DNA of 63,957 bases, filler included, from Atractiella rhizophila (taxonomy: Eukaryota): the NCBI GenBank assembly GCA_021432655.1. It is 12 parts of 9 records of this genome, joined end to end, with 100 filler letters (N's around TTAATTAATTAA, not from the genome) between each part and the next. Parts side by side here need not be neighbours in the genome. Positions count along the whole stretch, not along the records: positions 1 to 9,658 come from MU272106.1; positions 9,759 to 19,333 come from MU272107.1; 10 more parts are not named here. The stretch is one strand, 5' to 3'. The first letter of the stretch is position 1; the number at the start of each line of letters is the position of its first letter. Shown piece after piece: positions 1 to 11,864 of this stretch. The notes under the pieces are model-generated. The model searched no databases, was not told the DNA's origin, and saw only the letters and a list, made by a program, of their open reading frames with translations. A program made the position numbers and the translations under genes.

Positions 1-1904
1 CCGGATTCTGCTGTCCAGCCATATCTGAAGCTAAATTCATCTGAATGTGGGCAGCTTGCAGCTGTCTGTGGCTGGTTGCACCTGAGTAAGTGTCTGCATC
101 CAAATGACACCCATCTGAATCTAGACATGGTGCATCTGAATGCAGTCAGTCATTGGACAAAAGAAGATGCATTTTCTACTGCTTTGGGCTTTTCTCCCTT
201 GTCTTCACATGATTGTTTTTTGGATTATTTTAAAGCTTTGTAGTCCACAGGGATTGAATCTGAGAACTCTAGCAAAGATGGCAGTTAATACCATTTAACT
301 ATCATGGTGTTATGCTGCTGATTATTTCCTGGATTTTCATGAGGCAGAAAACAAACGGAGAATGTATGATAGAATTAAATCAAACATCTACATTGTGAAT
401 TAAATGCATTTCCCTGTATTATCCTTTACCCCACCCACTTTTCTCACCTCTTCCATCACATCCCCTGTAGGTCTTGACACCAATAGAACCTCTGAAACTT
501 ATCTTCTAACCTCTTCTACACTTTTCCATCCAAGCCCATGTTATGGTGTATCTATCACTGCCGTTCCTCTGCCATTGAGGGGACAGTGATGGGAGTTGTG
601 GTATAATGACCAAGTGATGCATTGGGGCCCTCATATTGCTTGTTCCACGTCTGAAACAGTTACTGGTAAGTGAACGGATTTCATGAGATAGCAACAAATA
701 CTCCACCTGCTTTCCAGATTGAGAAAGCTGCTTGTACTCCTCTTTCCAGTCTGAGTCTAAATGTTACTCCTATCAGCCCATTCCTTTTCCCATTGTCTGA
801 TCTAGAGTGCTACTGGACAAAGCAAAATGTTAACCCAATATGCCCTGAGACAAAGCTGGACATGACCTTGAATCCGGTTGAAGATGGTGGTACAAAGAGG
901 GCAGCTTCTCCCACGTTTGCCAACGTCACACCTGCCTGTTATCCACACAAATCAGGTCAATAACAAACCTGAGCATATAGAGTTGTGGAACCTAGCTTAA
1001 TTTAATACCTTTTTGATGTTCTTGAAAGGTGTTGACTGACAGGGGGTCTGTCAGTGTATAGAATGTTGAGTTGAATATTCTAGCTCACGGTAGGAGCTTG
1101 CACACCATTTGACTAAGTCGAACTACACTAACCCATGATGCACAGGCAATCCTGTGCTGTCTTCTGCAATGCCATTCACACAGAAAAGTGTGCTATGGGC
1201 TCAGTCATCTGGCAGTGTTGTGGCAGTCAACAACATCAGTGTAGTAGAAATACCACCTATTGGTCCTGACTGAATCTGACTTAGGGATGAAGAGTCTATA
1301 AAGTAAACGACATTAGTTGTCACCCTGTGAGCATATGGCCGAGGAGAAGTTGACAAATTGTTTTCATTAGAGATGTTAGAATTCTGTAAAATGCAGCCAA
1401 CAGCAATGGAGGTTATGGGAGATGTAGGATTACCATTCAAATTGCATGATACCTTCAACAGCTATCATGGAGGGCAGAAACTTTACTAGCCTCACATTTT
1501 TACAAGCGCATTTTGAGGTTAGACTGAGGAGCTGGCAGTGCTCTGTAAGGTAAGACTAGAATTTCCATGGAAGTAGTGGTTCTATACAATTTTTTGGAAA
1601 ATTTAAAGAGTTTTATAGAGAAGATGTACAATTGAGAAAAGACTTCGACCCTTCTTCCTTTACTATCTTTACCTTTCACCTTTACTACCTTATTCTTCTC
1701 TGCCACCTTTTCTTCCAGGCCCAGTTGTATTTGTAATAGTTAGCCCCATACATTATAAGAGATAACAGAACCTTCTAGAATATATTACAACAGTTGAGAA
1801 CATTACTCTGTAATATAATAGAACAGTCTAGAACATTCTCTGAATAACCTTAACTACTATCGCTTATACCATCTGGAATATTCTGGAACAATTCCATAAC
1901 TATA

Positions 1905-3154
1905 TCACATTCCTTTACCGACATCCCAAGCTCGTCTGTTGACCCTTCGTTGTTGTTTTAAGTGGCTTCTGGTGTCCTAAATCTGTCTACAGGTCGTCCT
2001 CTACTCGTAGAATAAATTCTTGAAGGCCTGGTGACAGGGGGAGGTGTTGAAGCTGCTGGAGGAGGTCGATCTGGTGTTGTTGAGCGGATCTGGAGTGGAT
2101 CTGGAGACTCTGAGAATGCAGGCATGTGAACTCCTGTCCAAGGATCTCTCTGCATGGTGTACTGACGAGGCGGGTGTGTTTTAGGCCGTTCAGGTAGGAG
2201 CTGTAGGGGTCTGGAGACGGCTCTCTTTCTTCATCTTCTTCTTCTTCAACCTGAAGGGGCTAAAATCTGTTTGGAGACTGTATTGCAAGCAGTCTCGGTT
2301 GTTCCTTAGGTGTAGGAGGTGCTTCTGGCCGTTGAATCCATCCATCTTCATCTTCATTGTCGTCGTCTAGCGAAATCCTGGCTGGAGGAGCGGCTGGAGC
2401 ATTGTTCTGTCCATCTCCTACCTGATCCTGACGCTCCTTCCACTCATCAAGTGGTCCCTGTGGCTCTTCCAACATAATCTTCTCCTTCCTAACCTTGCAG
2501 AGCATCTCTCTCTCATCGAATCTGGCAACATCTCGAGTGTAGACCTTCTTTCTAACAGGATCCCAGAACTCACCCTTTCGCTACAAGGGAATAGCCTATA
2601 AATGCACATTTTCGAGTATGAGATCCTAAGCTGTGTGGCCTTTCATCCTTCTGAACTTGAACGTAGGCAGTGCATCCAATGATTCTGAACCTTGAGATGG
2701 TTGGAGTAAGTCCAGTGAGTTTCGTGTGGGGAATAGCATCGTTGATCGAAGCTGAGGGAGATCTGTTGCAAATGTGGACAACCGCTGAAGCAATAGATGG
2801 CCAGAGAAAGAGAGGCAGCCCAGATTCTTCAAACATGGCGACCATAGTCTCCTGAATCGTCCTATTAGCTCATTCTGCCCTGCCATTCTGGTGAGGAGAG
2901 TTCCTGATTGTCTGTTCGCGCTGAATACCACAGGCCTTGAGGTATTGATCGAATTCCTTAGAGGAATAAGCGCCTTCCTTGTCCTCTCTAAACTTCTTGA
3001 TCTTCTTCCCAGTGATATTCTCTACCCAATTCTTGAAGGTCTTGAAGAGTTCTGGGGCCTCTGATTTCTTCTTCAGGAAGGCAATTGTGCAATGATTCGT
3101 TGCTTCATCGAGGAAGGTGACCCAATATCGATATCCTTCTCAGGATGTGACTGG
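1905..3154 (-). repeat. Inverted copy of the Copia integrase/linker segment at 6998-8247
   Basis: ORFs 2260-2505(-), 2570-2845(-) and 2626-2931(-) are identical to 7647-7892(+), 7307-7582(+) and 7221-7526(+). Paired coordinates sum to 10152. Confidence 0.95.
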
Positions 3155-5367
3155 ATGGATCTTGGGGCACACCACCTCTCTACTTGGGGATTACTTTGTA
3201 CATATTGCAAAGCCTTTCATGGATGGAAGAGAAGATCGTTAACAGCCCGCAACGAAATCCAAAGTTTGCATTGTGCTGTCTCTACGGCAAGGTGCTGCTA
3301 CCTTTCCTCCGCCTCCGCCTGAAGAGCTACGAAAGCTTTTTACACATCACAATACAACAGGTATGTATTTCTATTCAATTTATTGCGTATACATATCTGA
3401 GAGGAACAATCATTATAGAGTCAAAGGCATTTCGAGAGCATATCAGGGTATTCAATCATGCTTTTGCCTTTACAATCCTTAGGCGTCCGCCAGGTATCAA
3501 TTCCTGGACATGGTCCCTACTCCTTCAAAATTCAGGGAGAGCCTTGCCACCTTATTGGCACTCTTTACCACAACAAGATGGGTGTGAAACCTTTGCACAG
3601 GTCTACATTACAGATTCAGTTGTACAGACTGAATGAAGAGTTGGCAACACTTCAATATCACTGAATCGTAGGACACTTGAAGATCTTCAGGCTATGCTCT
3701 TCTGTGTCAACCCATATCCCAGGATCTACAATTTGCAAAAGAAAGAATGGAACAGGATCCCACTACAACACTACATCTTCGCACAGTCGCCCCATGAGAT
3801 AGGGACCCAAGACGCTACAACATTCCTGTAGCCAGTGAAGTTGCTGTAGTGATGGTAGGAGACGGTAACAGAGAAGAATATGGAGTGGCCAGAGATATTG
3901 TCATCCAGCTCAGGGCAACCAGGACCGGTAGCAACTTACAGCGTGTCAATGAACTCAACTCAAATTATCTTGAACTTCGTTTTCCTCTTCTGTTTCCATA
4001 TGGGGACCAAGGATGGCATCCGCAGATTCCGTATCGAGACCTGCCTGCAGATCTTCCTCCTCGCGAGCGAGAGCACTTCAATGATGACGGCATGCAAGTT
4101 GGTAATTCTGGGGTTCGACAACGTGTCAGCCAAATGGAGTTCATGTTGCATCAACGAAATGATATATTCTCACTCCCTCTCTACAGTGGTCGGCTGCTGC
4201 AAGAATTGGTAGTCGATGCTTATGCTCAAATTGAGGCGAATCGACTCCGCTATCTGTAGTTCAATCAGTCTATTCTTCGAGCCGAGGTGTATCAAGGTCT
4301 TACGGATGCCCTTGCAGAAGGTTATTCTTTAGAAGATATCGGGAGGCGGACTATATTACCATCAAGTTTCACTGGTAGTCCACGTTCAATGAATCAGCTG
4401 TTCCAGGATGCAATGAGTATAGTTGGTGCCAAAGGACCCCCAAATATCTTTACAACCTTCACTTGCAACCCACACCGGGCAGAGATCACGGAAGCCCTCC
4501 TACCAGGCCGAAAACCAGAGGATCAACCAGATTTGGTTTCAAGGGTTTTTCGACTGAACGCTCTGGAGTACATCAAGGATTTGGTACGACAGATCTTTGG
4601 AAGGGTTATCGGATATGTCTGGGTCATTGAATTTCAGAAGAGAGGTCTACCACATGCCCACATCCTGTTGATTCTTCATCCTGAAGATCTTATCAGGGAT
4701 GAGGCAGCCATTGATCGAGTAATTCAAGCAGAGCTGCCTGATCTAGACAAGGACCCTGCATCATTTGAAATAGTCACCAAGCATATGCTACATGGCCCAT
4801 GTGGTGAACATAATCCAGATGCACCTTGCATGGTCAATGGGAAGTGTGGCAAAGGGTATCCCAAGCCTTTTGTTGAGGAAACGAGAATCAATGATAATGG
4901 CTACCCTAGCTATCGGCGGCGTAACGATGGCCGGGTTTTTCGCAAGATGATACGGGGCCAACAGTTTATATATGATAATCGATGGGTAGTGCCTTCTAAT
5001 GCTTGGGTCCTGAGGAAGTTTCTGGCTCATATCAACACTGAGATCTGTATCTCAATTCGTTCAGCCAAGTATATATTCAAATATGTATACAAAGGGCCGG
5101 ATAGAGCACAATTAGTCATAGAATCAGATTTCAGTAGAGCAAGAGAGCCAGTGGATGAGATTAAAGAGTATTTGGATGCATGATATGTGGGTGCTTCAGA
5201 AGGTTTGTTCAGTCCATTCCTCAAAGGTTAAGGATTAAGTATGATTATAGCATGCTGGCGGATTTTCCACTTCAAGCTTCATGATCACTCTCCAATTGTG
5301 ATTTGACTGAGTATTCATCTTCCAAATCAACAGATGGTTATTTTTAATGCAGATGATGGTCAACCTG
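3155..5367 (+). mobile_element. Helitron RepHel, N-terminal zinc finger and Rep (HUH) region; decayed and intron-containing
   Basis: Motifs CTYCKAFH..EE...FALCCLYGKVLLP, GRLLQELVVDAYAQIE, ILPSSFTGSPR, FTTFTCNP, VIEFQKRGLPHAHILL and KYIFKYVYKG. Stops and frameshifts are present, and an LTR interrupts it at 5368. Confidence 0.93.
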
Positions 5368-5566
5368 TGTTAGTTGTAGTGTGTTGTTTTGGTCATCTGC
5401 CTCTTATGACTCTTATGACTCGTATGAGTCATCACTATGTAGTTTAGTTCTGCCTAGGAGTGTTGGTGCTCATTATTGACCACCAACTACTCCTAGGTAT
5501 GTCTCTCTATACTTCTCTAATGTCTCATTATTGACCACCAACTACTCCTAGCCTTAGATCCTTACA
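5368..5566 (+). repeat. 5' LTR of Copia element A
   Basis: Runs TGTTAG...CTTACA and is followed directly by a TGGTAGCGAGAGC primer-binding site. Confidence 0.85.
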
Positions 5567-5580
5567 TGGTAGCGAGAGCT
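5567..5580 (+). promoter_or_regulatory. Primer-binding site (tRNA-Met-like); second copy at 5663-5676
   Basis: TGGTAGCGAGAGCT abuts the LTR-terminal CA and resembles the Copia TGGTATCAGAGC-type PBS. Confidence 0.75.
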
Positions 5581-8315
5581 GGTGGCTAGGATTACACCCA
5601 TCACCTACTTCTCTAATGTCTCATTATTGACCACCAACTACTCCTAGCCTTAGATCCTTACATGGTAGCGAGAGCTGGTGGCTAGGATTACACCCATCAC
5701 CTTCCTCCTCCTCCAGACCACATTTTCACCCCTCCTGCACTCAAATTTCGCTCAATTTCGATGATCAAGACAGATCTGTGATCCTCAGACCTTCCTTTAC
5801 CACCTTAGAAGGTGTCAGCTTACTCAGGAATCAAGAAATATCGAAATCTATCACCTTACCACCCACTTCCTGCCTCAAAACGCACTTTGCCACCCTGGAC
5901 TCAAACTTTGACGAATTTGGACATTATAGGGCTTATTTTGATCGTGAAACACTGCGCTACAACTTTACTAGGAACCATCTTGGTTACAATAAGCGAAAAT
6001 TTTGAGATAGCCACTCCATCACCTCCTTCATACCCCTAAATGCATTTTTCGACTTTTTGAAGTCAGATCTGGTCTGATCTGGACAATTTTATCGCCATTG
6101 GATTCACAATAGGCTATTCTACTATCCTACAACAGATCACCTTGATCAGAAGACTCAAAATTTCGAAATTTGCCACCATCACATCATCATCACATCAGCC
6201 CCTATCACCCTTTCTCCATCAGGGGATCTTAGGACTCAACCACAGGGTCTAGGAGGATGTTTGGGATGGAAATGGCTCTTGATGGGTTAGAATTTGCTGG
6301 GCTGAACAGTCTTGCTGCAGCAAATGATGTCACTATGCCTCAAGCAAGCCTTGAGTGGATAGCAGACACTGGTGCAACTTCCCACATGTCTCCCCATCGC
6401 CATTGGTTCAGAACCTATCACAAGAAGGTCATCCCTATCAGGGTAGCAAGTGGAGAAGTGATTTGGAGTGCTGGGATTGGGAGCTTGATCTTCGAAGCCA
6501 AGTTGGGGGAGAAGAAGACCACTACCATTACCATCTCAGATGTCCTACATGTCCCCAAGCTCTGGAACAACCTCCTGTCAGTCTTCAGGCTCACTATTTA
6601 CAAGGGAATGAGGGTCTCCATCAAGCACAACAAGGTTCTCTTCTTCCAGGGTCAAGAACTCTGCCTTACTGCCACTGTGGACTACAAGAATGGAAGCATG
6701 GCTGGGATACTTGATGGGAACACCCTTCCTGCTCCAGACTTTGCTGGAAATGCTTCTACACTGCCAATGGATGCCTCTCTGTGGCACAGAAGACTTGGAC
6801 ACCTGAATTATGAGGATATCAAGCGTCTGAAGAGGAAAGAACTTGTGAATGGGATGATTTTGGACCTAGAGGATGATCCAGACCCTATTTGCGAGCCATG
6901 CCTAGCTGGGAAGCAGCATAGAGTCTTCAACAAGTCAGCAGAGACCAGGGAGAAGGAAGTACTGGGTAGGATCAGCTCAGACCTGCATGGACCTCTCCCA
7001 GTCACATCCTGAGAAGGATATCGATATTGGGTCACCTTCCTCGATGAAGCAACGAATCATTGCACAATTGCCTTCCTGAAGAAGAAATCAGAGGCCCCAG
7101 AACTCTTCAAGACCTTCAAGAATTGGGTAGAGAATATCACTGGGAAGAAGATCAAGAAATTTAGAGAGGACAAGGAAGGCGCTTATTCCTCTAAGGAATT
7201 CGATCAATACCTCAAGCCCTGTGGTATTCAGCGCGAACAGACAATCAGGAACTCTCCTCACCAGAATGGCAGGGCAGAATGAGCTAATAGGACGATTCAG
7301 GAGACTATGGTCGCCATGTTTGAAGAATCTGGGCTGCCTCTCTTTCTCTGGCCATCTATTGCTTCAGCGGTTGTCCACATTTGCAACAGATCTCCCTCAG
7401 CTTCGATCAACGATGCTATTCCCCACACGAAACTCACTGGACTTACTCCAACCATCTCAAGGTTCAGAATCATTGGATGCACTGCCTACGTTCAAGTTCA
7501 GAAGGATGAAAGGCCACACAGCTTAGGATCTCATACTCGAAAATGTGCATTTATAGGCTATTCCCTTGTAGCGAAAGGGTGAGTTCTGGGATCCTGTTAG
7601 AAAGAAGGTCTACACTCGAGATGTTGCCAGATTCGATGAGAGAGAGATGCTCTGCAAGGTTAGGAAGGAGAAGATTATGTTGGAAGAGCCACAGGGACCA
7701 CTTGATGAGTGGAAGGAGCGTCAGGATCAGGTAGGAGATGGACAGAACAATGCTCCAGCCGCTCCTCCAGCCAGGATTTCGCTAGACGACGACAATGAAG
7801 ATGAAGATGGATGGATTCAACGGCCAGAAGCACCTCCTACACCTAAGGAACAACCGAGACTGCTTGCAATACAGTCTCCAAACAGATTTTAGCCCCTTCA
7901 GGTTGAAGAAGAAGAAGATGAAGAAAGAGAGCCGTCTCCAGACCCCTACAGCTCCTACCTGAACGGCCTAAAACACACCAGCCTCGTCAGTACACCATGC
8001 AGAGAGATCCTTGGACAGGTGTTCACATGCCTACATTCTCAGAGTCTCCAGACCCACTCCAGATCCGCCCAACAACACCAGATCGACCTCCTCCAGCAGC
8101 TTCGACACCTCCCCCTGTCACCAGGCCCTCAAGAATTTATTCTACGAGTAGAGGACGACCTGTCGACAGATTTAGGACCCCAGAAGCACCTCAAAACAAC
8201 GACGAAGGGCCAACAGACAAGCTTGGGATGTTGGTAAAGGAATGTGACATCCTCACTGAGCCAGAGGCGATGGAATATGGCTATATGCTTATCACAGAGG
8301 AGCAGAGGTCCCTCA

Positions 8316-8535
8316 TGAGAGATATAGACGCTGGATGGAGCTAGGGGACAGGAGTTGGTGGTCAAAGATGATAGGATTGATAAGGAAACACATACCTAGG
8401 GGACAGGAGTTGGTGGTCAAAGATGATGACCACCAAGACTGCCCCCTAGGGAGAAAAACTACGAAGTGAGTAAACACAGCAAGGGTGGCTGACCACACAA
8501 AGGCAACACCATGAAATTTAATAGCTAATCCAACA
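8316..8535 (-). repeat. 3' LTR of Copia element B
   Basis: On the minus strand, purine-rich AGGTGGAG is followed by TGTTGG...TCTCA. It shares the TTGACCACCAACT..CCTAG repeat motif with LTR A. Confidence 0.75.
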
Positions 8536-9658
8536 CTCCACCTGGGCAGCCGCCTCTTGAAGCTCCCACCAAATCCAATAATCGCCGAAGAAAGCTCCCA
8601 CCGAATATAAACAGCATCGAATGGTATGACACAAAGAAAACATGTTAATTGTTTGACTAAATCCACTAGAGAGATTCTCGTACCGCTTAGAGCGGCGTCT
8701 TATAACCCCCAGAAGGAGGACAGAGTTTTATTGCGCCCCATAACTGCCTCATACACTTGGGTAGGGGCGCAGACCCATCATTTCTCGGAATTTAGAGACT
8801 CCAGCAACTGGTAAAGCCTTGGTGAGGAGGTCTGCAGGCATAGATTCGCCAGGACAGAAGACTGGGGCGATGAGTCCAGATTCTACTGTGTCCCTGAGCC
8901 AGTAGAAGCGAAGATCCAAGTGCTTCATGCGCCCGTGGTGCTCAGGATTCTTGCTGACTTGCAAGGCGCTGTTGCTGTCCGTATAAAGTGTTGTTGGTCC
9001 CTTTGGAGCGAAGCCAATCTCTTGCAGAAGATTCCTAAGCCAAACCACCTCTTGTCCTACTGATACCCCTGAGATATACTCCGCCTCCGTGGTTGAGAGT
9101 GCCACAAGAGACTGTAACTTGCTGCTCCAGCTGACTGCTCCTCCTCCAATAGTTAAGAGGTATCCTCCAGTAGACCTGCCAGTATCCTTGCATCCTGCAA
9201 AGTCTGCATCACAATATGCCTTGAATGGTTGAGAGATATCGAAGTCTGAGGCAGAATACTCGATGCACATGTCCTGAGTGCCCTTGAGATAGCGCAGGAG
9301 GTGTTTGGCAGCTTCCCAGTGCCTCTTGCCAGGATTGGAGAGGAATTTTCCGAGGACAGAGACAGTGTGGGCGATGTCAGGGCGTGTAGCAACTGCAAGG
9401 TACATGAGAGAGCCGACAACATGACTGTAGGGAATGGTTCGCATCTCTTCTTCGTCTTCCTTGGTCTGAGGACAGTCTTGTTTCGATAAACTGTGGCCTA
9501 CACTAAGAGGAGTGAGCACAGGCTTGCAGTTATCCATCTTCTGTCGAGACAGAAGGTCCTTAACGTATTGTTCCTGATCCAGCCACATCTTCTTCTGCTT
9601 CCTATCTCGCCTAATTCTCACTCCAAGCAAAAATTCCGTGGCTCCAAGGTCCCTCAGC
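8316..9658 (-). mobile_element. Ty1/Copia retrotransposon B, RT C-terminus + RNase H + 3' LTR, inserted antisense into element A
   Basis: ORF 8749-9630 has YSHVVGSLMYLAVATRPDIA, YCDADFAG..RSTGGY, WSSKLQ..VALSTTEAEY, KHLDLRFYWLRD and ADLLTKAL. Confidence 0.95.
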
Positions 9659-9758
9659 NNNNNNNNNNNNNNNNNNNNNNNNNNNNNNNNNNNNNNNNNN
9701 NNTTAATTAATTAANNNNNNNNNNNNNNNNNNNNNNNNNNNNNNNNNNNNNNNNNNNN
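9659..9758. other. Artificial contig linker (N44-TTAATTAATTAA-N44); first of 11 identical linkers
   Basis: Identical 100-bp spacer with stops in all six frames. It recurs at 19334, 29005, 31170, 36669, 46203, 48483, 54713, 58911, 60866 and 62818, and genes are cut off at these points. Confidence 0.98.
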
Positions 9759-9853
9759 AGCTACGACTACCGATACGATACGACTACGGCTTATAAGCCG
9801 CCACGAATCGACCAGGGCCTCTCCGATACGATACGATTCGATAGCCATCCCTA
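9759..9853 (-). mobile_element. Terminus of a hAT-like DNA element (TAGGGATGG end with CGATA subterminal repeats)
   Basis: The minus strand begins TAGGGATGGCTATCGAATCGTATCGTATCGG, an Ac-like TIR start with pentamer repeats. It interrupts the Helitron helicase; the other end is off the contig. Confidence 0.6.
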
Positions 9854-11075
9854 TGGGTGATGATCAACCATGTACCGTTACAGAGCCCAGCTGAAGCATT
9901 GAGGTTTCGTATTAGAATGATAGGGGTTCCAACTTCGAGATGAAGAAGATGAAGAGGGAGACCCATCATATTGAGAGTATTAAGATATTCAACTGTGAAG
10001 CTTGTGAAGCCTTATTGAATGTTCTCACTGCCGTCCATCCATCGGTCAGCACTAAGGTAGATACATTCCTGTCGGGAGACAAATTGTCCAATAAGCTGAT
10101 CGTTTATCATGTCAACACATTCCGGGCCGTAAGGATCATTCACTCTTGAAACTATTGCCTCAATTCGACTGGGTTGACATCTTGTGTTATGGTGCTCAGT
10201 CCAGGGTATATGTCAGTCAGGAGACCTTCCAGACCACGGGGTCGCTGGACTATTGTTTGGTCCTTCATAGTCAATGGACCATGGCCACAGTCTTCCGTGT
10301 TATCTGTTGCGCCATTACCAACTGACAACAACCGTTCAGCAAAGCCAGAAGCAATAGCAGAATCTCAGCTACTCATTTCGACACGATGACGGAGCAAGCA
10401 CATATTTACTATGAGTGGGAGGACTCGAACTGTGCGCCAAAGGGACTGTTGATGATACTCGCATCGACGATCTGCACATGTAAAGCTTTGGGATGGCTGA
10501 GAGGCATTGTTGCATGTCACCTAATTATTTATCAGACATGAACTCTCTGACTTGATGCACTTACCACCGAGAACCAAAATAACTCCACCAAAAGGCACAT
10601 CCACCTTATGTATATCTCTCAGCATCCGGTCAACTGCTTCAAAGCACCATCGATGACTCATTCCCACTTTGTCCCAAATTATCAATTCTGCCTCTCGACA
10701 AAGTTGATTGTGATCACTTTGAGCCATAACACCACAGACAGAATCAGCCTCAATGTCCAATGGGATCCGGAAGCGATTATGGGCTGTTCGTCCACCCCCC
10801 AGCAGAATAGCAGCAATACCGGAAGAGGCCACTGCCAGCACAATTTTCCCTGTTGAACGCACCGTGGCGACTAATAGGTTTTCAACAAAAGTCTTTCCAG
10901 TCCCTCCTGGCCCATCGATAAAAAATAATGCACTATTTCCACTTTGCCATGCTTCTACAACCGTGTCATAAGCATGACGTTGGTCCAGATTTAATAACGG
11001 TAACTCTGTCTGAATACGTGCATGAAGTAGTGGTTGATCATATTTAAGTTCTTCCCCAATAATCCTTATCCTTTG
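9854..11075 (-). mobile_element. Helitron PIF1-like helicase region, decayed
   Basis: FFIDGPGGTGKTF, VASSGIAAILLGGGRTAH.RFRIP, PFGGVILVLGG|D and LEVGTPIILIRNLN..GLCNGT. Confidence 0.93.
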
Positions 11076-11864
11076 TGGTCTGTCTGTGAGTAGCAAGTCT
11101 CGACTGGCACCACTTCAAGGTAATTTCATTCCGCTTAGTTCTTGCCCCTCATCTCAATCATCACTTCCTTGTGAATCCCATTTTCAACGAGCACAGGGAC
11201 ATGATTCCAGCCAGCAAAGCAGCTTTGATTGAACATTCAAGGTCAGTTATCTTCGAAAAAGCAAAGCAAACCATCTTCTTCCGACAACTGCTTATGTGAA
11301 ATATCATGAAACCGTGAGCACTACATGACCTGATTGATGGAGAAGGAAGGAAGCGAAGGAATATAGCTCCAAGAAGGACATCTGGCCAACTGATAAAGCA
11401 AATTAAACTCACCACAGTTTTGGGCATGAGTCATAAAACACATTTTTTAGCCTCATACCTCCGTCACCAGGCATATTGAAACAAAATAAATTACACCATC
11501 TTACTACATATGCTTATGCCTTTCTGAAACTGCAAGGAAATTTTATTTTGAGGTGGTGAGAACAATATGTTTTGTACTGGACTTGAACCCTTGAAAGCAA
11601 GAAAATAGCCAACTCTGTCCCGACAATTCCCCTGCAATGAACCAACTTCCACAGCAGCAGCATGGGCGACAATTACCCTGCATGTGATTTCTTTGGCATG
11701 GTTTGATCACTTCTCAGGACATGCGCTAAAAGTTCACTCATGAGAGAAGGAGAGCACTGGCATATAAGTGAAATATACTCTCTTACATGCTTCTGACAGC
11801 CAATTAGACTCATTATGCCGTCCTAAGCAAAAAAAGGTGCTGAGATACGAATTCGCCAGCCCAA

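Larger units (their letters stand above)
5368..8315 (+). mobile_element. Ty1/Copia retrotransposon A (LTR, PBS, protease, GAG-pre-integrase, integrase), degenerate
   Basis: Protease WIADTGATSHM; LWHRRLGH..CEPCLAGKQH; integrase ISSDLHGP and PHQNGRAE*ANRTI; SH3-like RKCAFIGY. Contains in-frame stops. Confidence 0.93.

Noticed and set aside
400..1500. CpG-poor minus-strand coding-like remnant
   Set aside because: Probably a decayed TE, but no diagnostic motif could be read.
1732..1909. AT-rich segment with TGTAATAGTTA...TAACTATATCACA ends as a solo LTR or MITE
   Set aside because: It looks LTR-like, but no TSD or second copy was found and its extent is unclear.
5469..5701. Three 28-bp direct repeats as a CRISPR-like array
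   Set aside because: Explained by the LTR-internal repeat plus a 96-bp duplication. The context is eukaryotic and there are no cas genes.
9703..9714. Recurring palindrome TTAATTAATTAA flanked by Ns as a biological repeat or CRISPR
   Set aside because: It is a fixed-length artificial linker with six-frame stops; ORFs running into X...LIN are artefacts.
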